Shown here: positions 37,401-49,419 of the stretch, piece by piece
Layout of the letters: each line of letters starts with the position of its first letter
Numbering within the stretch: the stretch's first letter is position 1
NCBI GenBank assembly: GCA_964016885.1
Contig: OZ024741.1
Coordinates: forward strand, 386,074,001-386,138,000
DNA: 64,000 nucleotides
Source: Eledone cirrhosa
Taxonomy: Eukaryota
Direction: 5' to 3'
Translations under genes and position numbers: made by a program
Notes under the pieces: generated by a model
Database searches by the model: none
Told to the model about the DNA's origin: nothing
The model's input: only the letters and a program-made list of their open reading frames with translations

Positions 37401-40400
37401 AGTTGTTGCAGTAGTTATAGTTGTTGTTGTGGTAGTTATAGTTGTTGTTGTGGTAGTTATAGTTGTTGTTGTGGTAGTTATAGTTGTTGTTGTGGTAGTT
37501 ATAGTTGTTGTTGTGGTAGTTTTAGTTGTTGTTGTGGTAGTTATAGTTGTTGTTGTAGTAGTTATAGTTGTTGTTGTGGTAGTTATAGTTGTTGTTGTGG
37601 TAGTTATAGTTGTTGTTGTGGTAGTTATAGTTGTTGTTGTGGTAGTTATAGTTGTTGCAGTAGTTATAGTTGTTGTTGTGGTAGTTATAGTTGTTGTTGT
37701 GGTAGTTGTAGTTGTTGTTGTGGTAGTTATAGTTGTTGTTGTAGTAGTTATAGTTGTTGTTGTGGTAGTTATAGTTGTTGTTGTGGTAGTTTTAGTTGTT
37801 GTTGTGGTAGTTATAGTTGTTGTTGTAGTAGTTATAGTTGTTGTTGTGGTAGTTATAGTTGTTGTTGTGGTAGTTATAGTTGTTGTTGTGGTAGTTATAG
37901 TTGTTGCAGTAGTTATAGTTGTTGTTGTGGTAGTTATAGTTGTTGTTGTGGTAGTTATAGTTGTTGCAGTAGTTATAGTTGTTGTTGTGGTAGTTATAGT
38001 TGTTGTTGTGGTAGTTATAGTTGTTGCAGTAGTTATAGTTGTTGTTGTGGTAGTTATAGTTGTTGTTGTGGTAGTTATAGTTGTTGCAGTAGTTATAGTT
38101 GTTGTTGTGGTAGTTATAGTTGTTGTTGTGGTAGTTGTAGTTGTTGTTGTGGTAGTTATAGTTGTTGTTGTAGTAGTTATAGTTGTTGTTGTGGTAGTTA
38201 TAGTTGTTGTTGTGGTAGTTTTAGTTGTTGTTGTGGTAGTTATAGTTGTTGTTGTAGTAGTTATAGTTGTTGTTGTGGTAGTTATAGTTGTTGTTGTGGT
38301 AGTTATAGTTGTTGTTGTGGTAGTTATAGTTGTTGTTGCAGTAGTTATAGTTGTTGTTGTAGTTATAGTTGTTGTTGTGGTAGTTATAGTTGTTGTTGTG
38401 GTAGTTATAGTTGTTGTTGTGGTAGTTATAGTTGTTGTTGTGGCAGTTATAGTTGTTGTTGTAGTAGTTATAGTTGTTGTTGTGGTAGTTATAGTTGTTG
38501 TTGTGGTAGTTATAGTTGTTGTTGTAGTAGTTATAGTTGTTGCAGTAGTTATAGTTGTTGTTGTGGTAGTTATAGTTGTTGTTGTGGTAGTTATAGTTGT
38601 TGTTGTGGTAGTTATAGTTGTTGTTGTGGTTATTGTAGTTGTTGTTGTGGTAGTTATAGTTGTTGCTGTAGTTATAGTTGTTGTTGTGGTAGTTATAGTT
38701 GTTGTTGTGGTAGTTATAGTTGTTGTTGTGGTAGTTATAGTTGTTGTTGTAGTAGTTATAGTTGTTGTTGTGGTAGTTATAGTTGTTGTTGTAGTAGTTA
38801 TAGTTGTTGTTGTGGTAGTTATAGTTGTTGTTGTGGTAGTTATAGTTGTTGTTGTGGTAGTTATAGTTGTTGTTGTGGTAGTTATAGTTGTTGTTGTAGT
38901 AGTTATAGTTGTTGTTGTAGTAGTTATAGTTGTTGTTGTGGTAGTTATAGTTGTTGTTGCGGTAGTTATAGTTGTTGTTGTGGTAGTTATAGTTGTTGTT
39001 GTAGTAGTTATAGTTGTTGTTGTAGTAGTTATAGTTGTTGTTGTGGTAGTTATAGTTGTTGTTGTAGTAGTTATAGTTGTTGTTGTGGTAGTTATAGTTG
39101 TTGCTGTAGTAGTTATAGTTGTTTTTGTGGTAGTTATAGTTGTTGTTGTAGTAGTTATAGTTGTTGTTGTGGTAGTTATAGTTTTTGTTGTAGTAGTTAT
39201 AGTTGTTGTTGTGGTAGTTATAGTTGTTGTTGTGGTAGTTATAGTTGTTGTTGTAGTAGTTATAGTTGTTGTTGTGGTAGTTATAGTTGTTGTTGTGGTA
39301 GTTATAGTTGTTGTTGTAGTAGTTATAGTTGTTGTTGTTGTAGTTATAGTTGTTGTTGTGGTAGTTATAGTTGTTGTTGTAGTAGTTATAGTTGTTGTTG
39401 TTGTAGTTATAGTTGTTGTTGTGGTAGTTATAGTTGTTGTGGTAGTTATAGTTGTTGTTGTTGTAGTTATAGTTGTTGTAGTAGTTATACTTGTTGTTGT
39501 TGTAGTTATAGTTGTTGTTGTAGTAGTTATAGTTGTTGTTGTGGTAGTTATAGTTGTTGTTGTAGTAGTTATAGTTGTTGTTGTTGTAGTTATAGTTGTT
39601 GTTGTGGTAGTCATAGTTGTTGTTGCAGTAGTTATAGTTGTTGTTGTAGTAGTTATAGTTGTTGTTGTGGTAGTTATAGTTGTTGTTGTAGTAGTTATAG
39701 TTGTTGTTGTGGTAGTTATAGTTGTTGTTGTAGTAGTTATAGTTGTTTTTTTGGTAGTTATAGTTGTTGTTGTGGTAGTTATAGTTGTTGTTGTAGTAGT
39801 TATAGTTGTTGCAGTAGTTATAGTTGTTGTTGTGGTAGTTATAGTTGTTGTTGTGGTTATTATAGTTGTTGTTGTGGTAGTTATAGTTGTTGTAGTAGTT
39901 ATAGTTGTTGTTGTGGTAGTTATAGTTGTTGTTGTAGTAGTTATAGTTGTTGTTGTGGTAGTTATAGTTGTTGTTGTAGTAGTTATAGTTGTTGTTGTGG
40001 TAGTTATATTTGTTGTTGTAGTAGTTATAGTTGTTGTTGTGGTAGTTATAGTTGTTGTTGTGGTAGTTATAGTTGTTGTTGTTGTAGTTATAGTTGTTGT
40101 TGTGGTAGTTATAGTTGTTGTTGTAGTAGTTATAGTTGTTGTTGTAGTAGTTATAGTTGTTGTTGTTGTAGTTATAGTTGTTGTTGTGGTAGTTATAGTT
40201 GTTGTTGTAGTAGTTATAGTTGTTGTTGTTGTAGTTATAGTTGTTGTTGTGGTAGTTATAGTTGTTCTGGTAGTAGTTATAGTTGTTGTTGTTGTAGTTA
40301 TAGTTGTTGTTGTGGTAGTTATAGTTGTTGTTGTAGTAGTTATAGTTGTTGTTGTAGTAGTTGTAGTTGTTGTTGTTGTAGTTATAGTTGTTGTTGTGGT

Positions 40401-43400
40401 AGTTATAGTTGTTGTTGTAGTAGTTATAGTTGTTGTTGTTGTAGTTATAGTTGTTGTTGTGGTAGTTATAGTTGTTGTTGTAGTAGTTATAGTTGTTGTT
40501 GTGGTAGTTATAGTTGTTGTAGTAGTTATAGTTGTTGTTGTGGTAGTTATAGTTGTTGTTGTAGTAGTTAGAGTTGTTGTTGTAGTAGTTATAGTTGTTG
40601 TTGTGGTAGTCATAGTTGTTGTTGCAGTAGTTATAGTTGTTGTTGTGGTAGTTATAGTTGTTGTTGTAGTAGTTATAGTTGTTGTTGTTGTAGTTATAGT
40701 TGTTGTTGTGGTAGTCATAGTTGTTGTTGCAGTAGTTATAGTTGTTGTTGTGGTAGTTATTGTTGTTGTTGTAGTAGTTATAGTTGTTGTTGTTGTAGTT
40801 ATAGTTGTTGTTGTGGTAGTCATAGTTGTTGTTGCAGTAGTTATAGTTGTTGTTGTAGTAGTTATAGTTGTTGTTGTGGTAGTTATAGTTGTTGTTGTAG
40901 TAGTTATAGTTGTTGTTGTAGTAGTTATAGTTGTTGTTGTAGTAGTTATTGTTGTTGTTTAATAGTTATAGTTGTTGTTGTGGTAGTTATAGTTGTTGTT
41001 GTTGTAGTTATAGTTGTTGTTGTAATAGTTATAGTTGTTGTAGTAGTTATAGTTGTTGTAGTAGTTATAGTTGTTGTTGTAATAGTTATAGTTGTTGTTG
41101 TGTTAGTTATAGTTGTTGTTTAATAGTTATAGTTGTTGTTGTAATAGTTATAGTTGTTGTTGTAGTATATATAGTTGTTGTTGTAGTAGTTATAGTTGTT
41201 GTTGTAGTAGTTATAGTTGTTGTTGTAGTAGTTATAGCTGTTGTTGTAGTAGTTATAGTTGTTGTTGTGGTAGTTATAGTTGTTGTTGTAGTAGTTATAG
41301 TTGTTGTTGTGGTAGTTATAGTTGTTGTTGTGGTAGTTATAGTTGTTGTTTAATAGTTATAGTTGTTTGTGTTGTAGTTATAGTTGTTGTTGTAGTAGTT
41401 ATAGTTGTTGTTGTGGTAGTTATAGTTGTTGTTGTAGTAGTTATAGTTGTTGTTGTGGTAGTTATAGTTGTTGTTGTAGTAGTTATAGTTGTTGTTGTGG
41501 TAGTTATAGTTGTTGTTGTGGTAGTTATAGTTGTTGTTGTAGTAGTTATAGTTGTTGCAGTAGTTATAGTTGTTGTTGTGGTAGTTATAGTTGTTGTTGT
41601 GGTAGTTATAGTTGTTGTTGTGGTAGTTATAGTTGTTGTTGTGGTAGTTATAGTTGTTGTTGTGGTAGTTTTAGTTGTTGTTGTGGTAGTTATAGTTGTT
41701 GTTGTAGTAGTTATAGTTGTTGTTGTGGTAGTTATAGTTGTTGTTGTGGTAGTTATAGTTGTTGTTGTGGTAGTTATAGTTGTTGTTGTGGTAGTTATAG
41801 TTGTTGCAGTAGTTATAGTTGTTGTTGTGGTAGTTATAGTTGTTGTTGTGGTAGTTGTAGTTGTTGTTGTGGTAGTTATAGTTGTTGTTGTAGTAGTTAT
41901 AGTTGTTGTTGTGGTAGTTATAGTTGTTGTTGTGGTAGTTTTAGTTGTTGTTGTGGTAGTTATAGTTGTTGTTGTAGTAGTTATAGTTGTTGTTGTGGTA
42001 GTTATAGTTGTTGTTGTGGTAGTTATAGTTGTTGTTGTGGTAGTTATAGTTGTTGCAGTAGTTATAGTTGTTGTTGTGGTAGTTATAGTTGTTGTTGTGG
42101 TAGTTATAGTTGTTGCAGTAGTTATAGTTGTTGTTGTGGTAGTTATAGTTGTTGTTGTGGTAGTTATAGTTGTTGCAGTAGTTATAGTTGTTGTTGTGGT
42201 AGTTATAGTTGTTGTTGTGGTAGTTATAGTTGTTGCAGTAGTTATAGTTGTTGTTGTGGTAGTTATAGTTGTTGTTGTGGTAGTTGTAGTTGTTGTTGTG
42301 GTAGTTATAGTTGTTGTTGTAGTAGTTATAGTTGTTGTTGTGGTAGTTATAGTTGTTGTTGTGGTAGTTTTAGTTGTTGTTGTGGTAGTTATAGTTGTTG
42401 TTGTAGTAGTTATAGTTGTTGTTGTGGTAGTTATAGTTGTTGTTGTGGTAGTTATAGTTGTTGTTGTGGTAGTTATAGTTGTTGTTGCAGTAGTTATAGT
42501 TGTTGTTGTAGTTATAGTTGTTGTTGTGGTAGTTATAGTTGTTGTTGTGGTAGTTATAGTTGTTGTTGTGGTAGTTATAGTTGTTGTTGTGGCAGTTATA
42601 GTTGTTGTTGTAGTAGTTATAGTTGTTGTTGTGGTAGTTATAGTTGTTGTTGTGGTAGTTATAGTTGTTGTTGTAGTAGTTATAGTTGTTGCAGTAGTTA
42701 TAGTTGTTGTTGTGGTAGTTATAGTTGTTGTTGTGGTAGTTATAGTTGTTGTTGTGGTAGTTATAGTTGTTGTTGTGGTTATTGTAGTTGTTGTTGTGGT
42801 AGTTATAGTTGTTGCTGTAGTTATAGTTGTTGTTGTGGTAGTTATAGTTGTTGTTGTGGTAGTTATAGTTGTTGTTGTGGTAGTTATAGTTGTTGTTGTA
42901 GTAGTTATAGTTGTTGTTGTGGTAGTTATAGTTGTTGTTGTAGTAGTTATAGTTGTTGTTGTGGTAGTTATAGTTGTTGTTGTGGTAGTTATAGTTGTTG
43001 TTGTGGTAGTTATAGTTGTTGTTGTGGTAGTTATAGTTGTTGTTGTAGTAGTTATAGTTGTTGTTGTAGTAGTTATAGTTGTTGTTGTGGTAGTTATAGT
43101 TGTTGTTGCGGTAGTTATAGTTGTTGTTGTGGTAGTTATAGTTGTTGTTGTAGTAGTTATAGTTGTTGTTGTAGTAGTTATAGTTGTTGTTGTGGTAGTT
43201 ATAGTTGTTGTTGTAGTAGTTATAGTTGTTGTTGTGGTAGTTATAGTTGTTGCTGTAGTAGTTATAGTTGTTTTTGTGGTAGTTATAGTTGTTGTTGTAG
43301 TAGTTATAGTTGTTGTTGTGGTAGTTATAGTTTTTGTTGTAGTAGTTATAGTTGTTGTTGTGGTAGTTATAGTTGTTGTTGTGGTAGTTATAGTTGTTGT

Positions 43401-46400
43401 TGTAGTAGTTATAGTTGTTGTTGTGGTAGTTATAGTTGTTGTTGTGGTAGTTATAGTTGTTGTTGTAGTAGTTATAGTTGTTGTTGTTGTAGTTATAGTT
43501 GTTGTTGTGGTAGTTATAGTTGTTGTTGTAGTAGTTATAGTTGTTGTTGTTGTAGTTATAGTTGTTGTTGTGGTAGTTATAGTTGTTGTGGTAGTTATAG
43601 TTGTTGTTGTTGTAGTTATAGTTGTTGTAGTAGTTATACTTGTTGTTGTTGTAGTTATAGTTGTTGTTGTAGTAGTTATAGTTGTTGTTGTGGTAGTTAT
43701 AGTTGTTGTTGTAGTAGTTATAGTTGTTGTTGTTGTAGTTATAGTTGTTGTTGTGGTAGTCATAGTTGTTGTTGCAGTAGTTATAGTTGTTGTTGTAGTA
43801 GTTATAGTTGTTGTTGTGGTAGTTATAGTTGTTGTTGTAGTAGTTATAGTTGTTGTTGTGGTAGTTATAGTTGTTGTTGTAGTAGTTATAGTTGTTTTTT
43901 TGGTAGTTATAGTTGTTGTTGTGGTAGTTATAGTTGTTGTTGTAGTAGTTATAGTTGTTGCAGTAGTTATAGTTGTTGTTGTGGTAGTTATAGTTGTTGT
44001 TGTGGTTATTATAGTTGTTGTTGTGGTAGTTATAGTTGTTGTAGTAGTTATAGTTGTTGTTGTGGTAGTTATAGTTGTTGTTGTAGTAGTTATAGTTGTT
44101 GTTGTGGTAGTTATAGTTGTTGTTGTAGTAGTTATAGTTGTTGTTGTGGTAGTTATATTTGTTGTTGTAGTAGTTATAGTTGTTGTTGTGGTAGTTATAG
44201 TTGTTGTTGTGGTAGTTATAGTTGTTGTTGTTGTAGTTATAGTTGTTGTTGTGGTAGTTATAGTTGTTGTTGTAGTAGTTATAGTTGTTGTTGTAGTAGT
44301 TATAGTTGTTGTTGTTGTAGTTATAGTTGTTGTTGTGGTAGTTATAGTTGTTGTTGTAGTAGTTATAGTTGTTGTTGTTGTAGTTATAGTTGTTGTTGTG
44401 GTAGTTATAGTTGTTCTGGTAGTAGTTATAGTTGTTGTTGTTGTAGTTATAGTTGTTGTTGTGGTAGTTATAGTTGTTGTTGTAGTAGTTATAGTTGTTG
44501 TTGTAGTAGTTGTAGTTGTTGTTGTTGTAGTTATAGTTGTTGTTGTGGTAGTTATAGTTGTTGTTGTAGTAGTTATAGTTGTTGTTGTTGTAGTTATAGT
44601 TGTTGTTGTGGTAGTTATAGTTGTTGTTGTAGTAGTTATAGTTGTTGTTGTGGTAGTTATAGTTGTTGTAGTAGTTATAGTTGTTGTTGTGGTAGTTATA
44701 GTTGTTGTTGTAGTAGTTAGAGTTGTTGTTGTAGTAGTTATAGTTGTTGTTGTGGTAGTCATAGTTGTTGTTGCAGTAGTTATAGTTGTTGTTGTGGTAG
44801 TTATAGTTGTTGTTGTGGTAGTTATAGTTGTTGTTGTAGTAGTTATAGTTGTTGTTGTGGTAGTCATAGTTGTTGTTGCAGTAGTTATAGTTGTTGTTGT
44901 GGTAGTTATAGTTGTTGTTGCAGTAGTTATAGTTGTTGTTGTGGTAGTTATAGTTGTTGTTGTAGTAGTTATAGTTGTTTTTGTGGTAGTTATAGTTGTT
45001 GTTGTGGTAGTTATAGTTGTTGTTGTAGTAGTTATAGTTGTTGCAGTAGTTATAGTTGTTGTTGTGGTAGTTATAGTTGTTGTTGTGGTAGTTATAGTTG
45101 TTGTTGTGGTTATTATAGTTGTTGTTGTGGTAGTTATAGTTGTTGTAGTAGTTATAGTTGTTGTTGTGGTAGTTATAGTTGTTGTTGTAGTAGTTATAGT
45201 TGTTGTTGTGGTAGTTATAGTTGTTGTTGTAGTAGTTATAGTTGTTGTTGTGGTAGTTATATTTGTTGTTGTAGTAGTTATAGTTGTTGTTGTGGTAGTT
45301 ATAGTTGTTGTTGTGGTAGTTATAGTTGTTGTTGTTGTAGTTATAGTTGTTGTTGTGGTAGTTATAGTTGTTGTTGTAGTAGTTATAGTTGTTGTTGTAG
45401 TAGTTATAGTTGTTGTTGTTGTAGTTATAGTTGTTGTTGTGGTAGTTATAGTTGTTGTTGCGGTAGTTATAGTTGTTGTTGTGGTAGTTATAGTTGTTGT
45501 TGTAGTAGTTATAGTTGTTGTTGTAGTAGTTATAGTTGTTGTTGTGGTAGTTATAGTTGTTGTTGTAGTAGTTATAGTTGTTGTTGTGGTAGTTATAGTT
45601 GTTGCTGTAGTAGTTATAGTTGTTGTTGTGGTAGTTATAGTTGTTGTTGTAGTAGTTATAGTTGTTGTTGTGGTAGTTATAGTTTTTGTTGTAGTAGTTA
45701 TAGTTGTTGTTGTGGTAGTTATAGTTGTTGTTGTGGTAGTTATAGTTGTTGTTGTAGTAGTTATAGTTGTTGTTGTGGTAGTTATAGTTGTTGTTGTGGT
45801 AGTTATAGTTGTTGTTGTAGTAGTTATAGTTGTTGTTGTTGTAGTTATAGTTGTTGTTGTGGTAGTTATAGTTGTTGTTGTAGTAGTTATAGTTGTTGTT
45901 GTTGTAGTTATAGTTGTTGTTGTGGTAGTTATAGTTGTTGTGGTAGTTATAGTTGTTGTTGTTGTAGTTATAGTTGTTGTAGTAGTTATACTTGTTGTTG
46001 TTGTAGTTATAGTTGTTGTTGTAGTAGTTATAGTTGTTGTTGTGGTAGTTATAGTTGTTGTTGTAGTAGTTATAGTTGTTGTTGTTGTAGTTATAGTTGT
46101 TGTTGTGGTAGTCATAGTTGTTGTTGCAGTAGTTATAGTTGTTGTTGTAGTAGTTATAGTTGTTGTTGTGGTAGTTATAGTTGTTGTTGTAGTAGTTATA
46201 GTTGTTGTTGTGGTAGTTATAGTTGTTGTTGTAGTAGTTATAGTTGTTTTTGTGGTAGTTATAGTTGTTGTTGTGGTAGTTATAGTTGTTGTTGTAGTAG
46301 TTATAGTTGTTGCAGTAGTTATAGTTGTTGTTGTGGTAGTTATAGTTGTTGTTGTGGTTATTATAGTTGTTGTTGTGGTAGTTATAGTTGTTGTAGTAGT

Positions 46401-49400
46401 TATAGTTGTTGTTGTGGTAGTTATAGTTGTTGTTGTAGTAGTTATAGTTGTTGTTGTGGTAGTTATAGTTGTTGTTGTAGTAGTTATAGTTGTTGTTGTG
46501 GTAGTTATATTTGTTGTTGTAGTAGTTATAGTTGTTGTTGTGGTAGTTATAGTTGTTGTTGTGGTAGTTATAGTTGTTGTTGTTGTAGTTATAGTTGTTG
46601 TTGTGGTAGTTATAGTTGTTGTTGTAGTAGTTATAGTTGTTGTTGTAGTAGTTATAGTTGTTGTTGTTGTAGTTATAGTTGTTGTTGTGGTAGTTATAGT
46701 TGTTGTTGTAGTAGTTATAGTTGTTGTTGTTGTAGTTATAGTTGTTGTTGTGGTAGTTATAGTTGTTCTGGTAGTAGTTATAGTTGTTGTTGTTGTAGTT
46801 ATAGTTGTTGTTGTGGTAGTTATAGTTGTTGTTGTAGTAGTTATAGTTGTTGTTGTAGTAGTTGTAGTTGTTGTTGTTGTAGTTATAGTTGTTGTTGTGG
46901 TAGTTATAGTTGTTGTTGTAGTAGTTATAGTTGTTGTTGTTGTAGTTATAGTTGTTGTTGTGGTAGTTATAGTTGTTGTAGTAGTTATAGTTGTTGTTGT
47001 GGTAGTTATAGTTGTTGTTGTAGTAGTTAGAGTTGTTGTTGTAGTAGTTATAGTTGTTGTTGTGGTAGTCATAGTTGTTGTTGTGGTAGTTATAGTTGTT
47101 GTTGTGGTAGTTATAGTTGTTGTTGTAGTAGTTATAGTTGTTGTTGTGGTAGTTATAGTTGTTGTAGTAGTTATAGTTGTTGTTGTGGTAGTTATAGTTG
47201 TTGTTGTAGTAGTTAGAGTTGTTGTTGTAGTAGTTATAGTTGTTGTTGTGGTAGTCATAGTTGTTGTTGCAGTAGTTATAGTTGTTGTTGTGGTAGTTAT
47301 AGTTGTTGTTGTGGTAGTTATAGTTGTTGTTGTAGTAGTTATAGTTGTTGTTGTGGTAGTCATAGTTGTTGTTGCAGTAGTTATAGTTGTTGTTGTGGTA
47401 GTTATAGTTGTTGTTGCAGTAGTTATAGTTGTTGTTGTGGTAGTTATAGTTGTTGTTGTAGTAGTTATAGTTGTTTTTGTGGTAGTTATAGTTGTTGTTG
47501 TGGTAGTTATAGTTGTTGTTGTAGTAGTTATAGTTGTTGCAGTAGTTATAGTTGTTGTTGTGGTAGTTATAGTTGTTGTTGTGGTAGTTATAGTTGTTGT
47601 TGTGGTTATTATAGTTGTTGTTGTGGTAGTTATAGTTGTTGTAGTAGTTATAGTTGTTGTTGTGGTAGTTATAGTTGTTGTTGTAGTAGTTATAGTTGTT
47701 GTTGTGGTAGTTATAGTTGTTGTTGTAGTAGTTATAGTTGTTGTTGTGGTAGTTATATTTGTTGTTGTAGTAGTTATAGTTGTTGTTGTGGTAGTTATAG
47801 TTGTTGTTGTGGTAGTTATAGTTGTTGTTGTGGTAGTTATAGTTGTTGTTGTTGTAGTTATAGTTGTTGTTGTGGTAGTTATAGTTGTTGTTGTAGTAGT
47901 TATAGTTGTTGTTGTAGTAGTTATAGTTGTTGTTGTTGTAGTTATAGTTGTTGTTGTGGTAGTTATAGTTGTTGTTGTAGTAGTTATAGTTGTTGTTGTT
48001 GTAGTTATAGTTGTTGTTGTGGTAGTTATAGTTGTTCTGGTAGTAGTTATAGTTGTTGTTGTTGTAGTTATAGTTGTTGTTGTGGTAGTTATAGTTGTTG
48101 TTGTAGTAGTTATAGTTGTTGTTGTAGTAGTTGTAGTTGTTGTTGTTGTAGTTATAGTTGTTGTTGTGGTAGTTATAGTTGTTGTTGTAGTAGTTATAGT
48201 TGTTGTTGTTGTAGTTATAGTTGTTGTTGTGGTAGTTATAGTTGTTGTTGTAGTAGTTATAGTTGTTGTTGTGGTAGTTATAGTTGTTGTAGTAGTTATA
48301 GTTGTTGTTGTGGTAGTTATAGTTGTTGTTGTAGTAGTTAGAGTTGTTGTTGTAGTAGTTATAGTTGTTGTTGTGGTAGTTATAGTTGTTGTTGTAGTAG
48401 TTATAGTTGTTGTAGTAGTTATAGTTGTTGTTGTGGTAGTTATAGTTGTTGTTATAGTAGTTATAGTTGTTGTTGTGGTAGTTATAGTTGTTGTTGTAGT
48501 AGTTATAGTTGTTGTTGTGGTAGTTATAGTTGTTGTTGTAGTAGTTATAGTTGTTGTTGTAGTAGTTATAGTTGTTGTTGTGGTAGTTATAGTTGTTGTA
48601 GTAGTTATAGTTGTTGTTGTGGTAGTTATAGTTGTTGTTGTAGTAGTTAGAGTTGTTGTTGTAGTAGTTATAGTTGTTGTTGTGGTAGTTATAGTTGTTG
48701 TTGTAGTAGTTATAGTTGTTGCAGTAGTTATAGTTGTTGTTGTGGTAGTTATAGTTGTTGTTGTGGTAGTTATAGTTGTTGTTGTGGTTATTATAGTTGT
48801 TGTTGTGGTAGTTATAGTTGTTGTAGTAGTCATAGTTGTTGTTGTGGTAGTTATAGTTGTTGTTGTAGTAGTTATAGTTGTTGTTGTGGTAGCTATAGTT
48901 GTTGTTGTAGTAGTTATAGTTGTTGTTGTGGTAGTTATAGTTGTTGTTGTAGTAGTTATAGTTGTTGTTGTGGTAGTTATAGTTGTTGTTGTGGTAGTTA
49001 TAGTTGTTGTTGTGGTAGTTATAGTTGTTGTTGTGGTAGTTATAGTTGTTGTTGTGGTAGTTATAGTTGTTATTGTAGTAGTTATAGTTGTTGTTGTGGT
49101 AGTTATAGTTGTTGTTGTAGTAGTTATAGTTGTTGTTGTGGTAGTTATAGTTGTTGTTGTGGTAGTTATAGTTGTTGTTGTTGTAGTTATAGTTGTTGTT
49201 GTTGTAGTTATAGTTGTTGTTGTGGTAGTTATAGTTGTTGTTGTGGTAGTTATAGTTGTTGTTGTGGTAGTTATAGTTGTTGTTGTGGTAGTCATAGTTG
49301 TTGTTGCAGTAGTTATAGTTGTTGTTGTAGTAGTTATAGTTGTTGTTGTGGTAGTTATAGTTGTTGTTGTAGTAGTTATAGTTGTTGTTGTAGTAGTTAT

Positions 49401-49419
49401 AGTTGTTGTTGTAGTAGTT
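31474..49419. repeat. Satellite domain D: long higher-order repeats with three type II cassettes (31474-31905, 36799-37230, 40948-41379)
   Basis: Cassettes carry three TTAA monomers (spacing 161/230), and the first begins ATT instead of ATA. The private variant GTTCTGG has its C at 35023, 40267, 44416, 46768 and 48037. GTTAGAG recurs. Each unit contains a perfect 60-bp trimer run. Confidence 0.87.
32581..32811. repeat. Perfect 60-bp trimer sub-repeat (18+21+21), about 4 copies; also at ~37906-38136 and ~42055-42285
   Basis: The 60-nt sequence lines 32581, 32641 and 32701 are identical, as are 37921/37981/38041 and 42061/42121/42181. Confidence 0.93.

Noticed and set aside
41337-49295. Thr-rich mucin-like ORFs (T6I)n on the - strand with ATG starts
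   Set aside because: The ATGs come only from the GTCATA monomer variant. There is no signal peptide, Pro/Ser content, Cys domain or anchor, and nearly all end in the same frameshift tail (IKQQL). A spliced exon cannot be formally excluded without RNA data.
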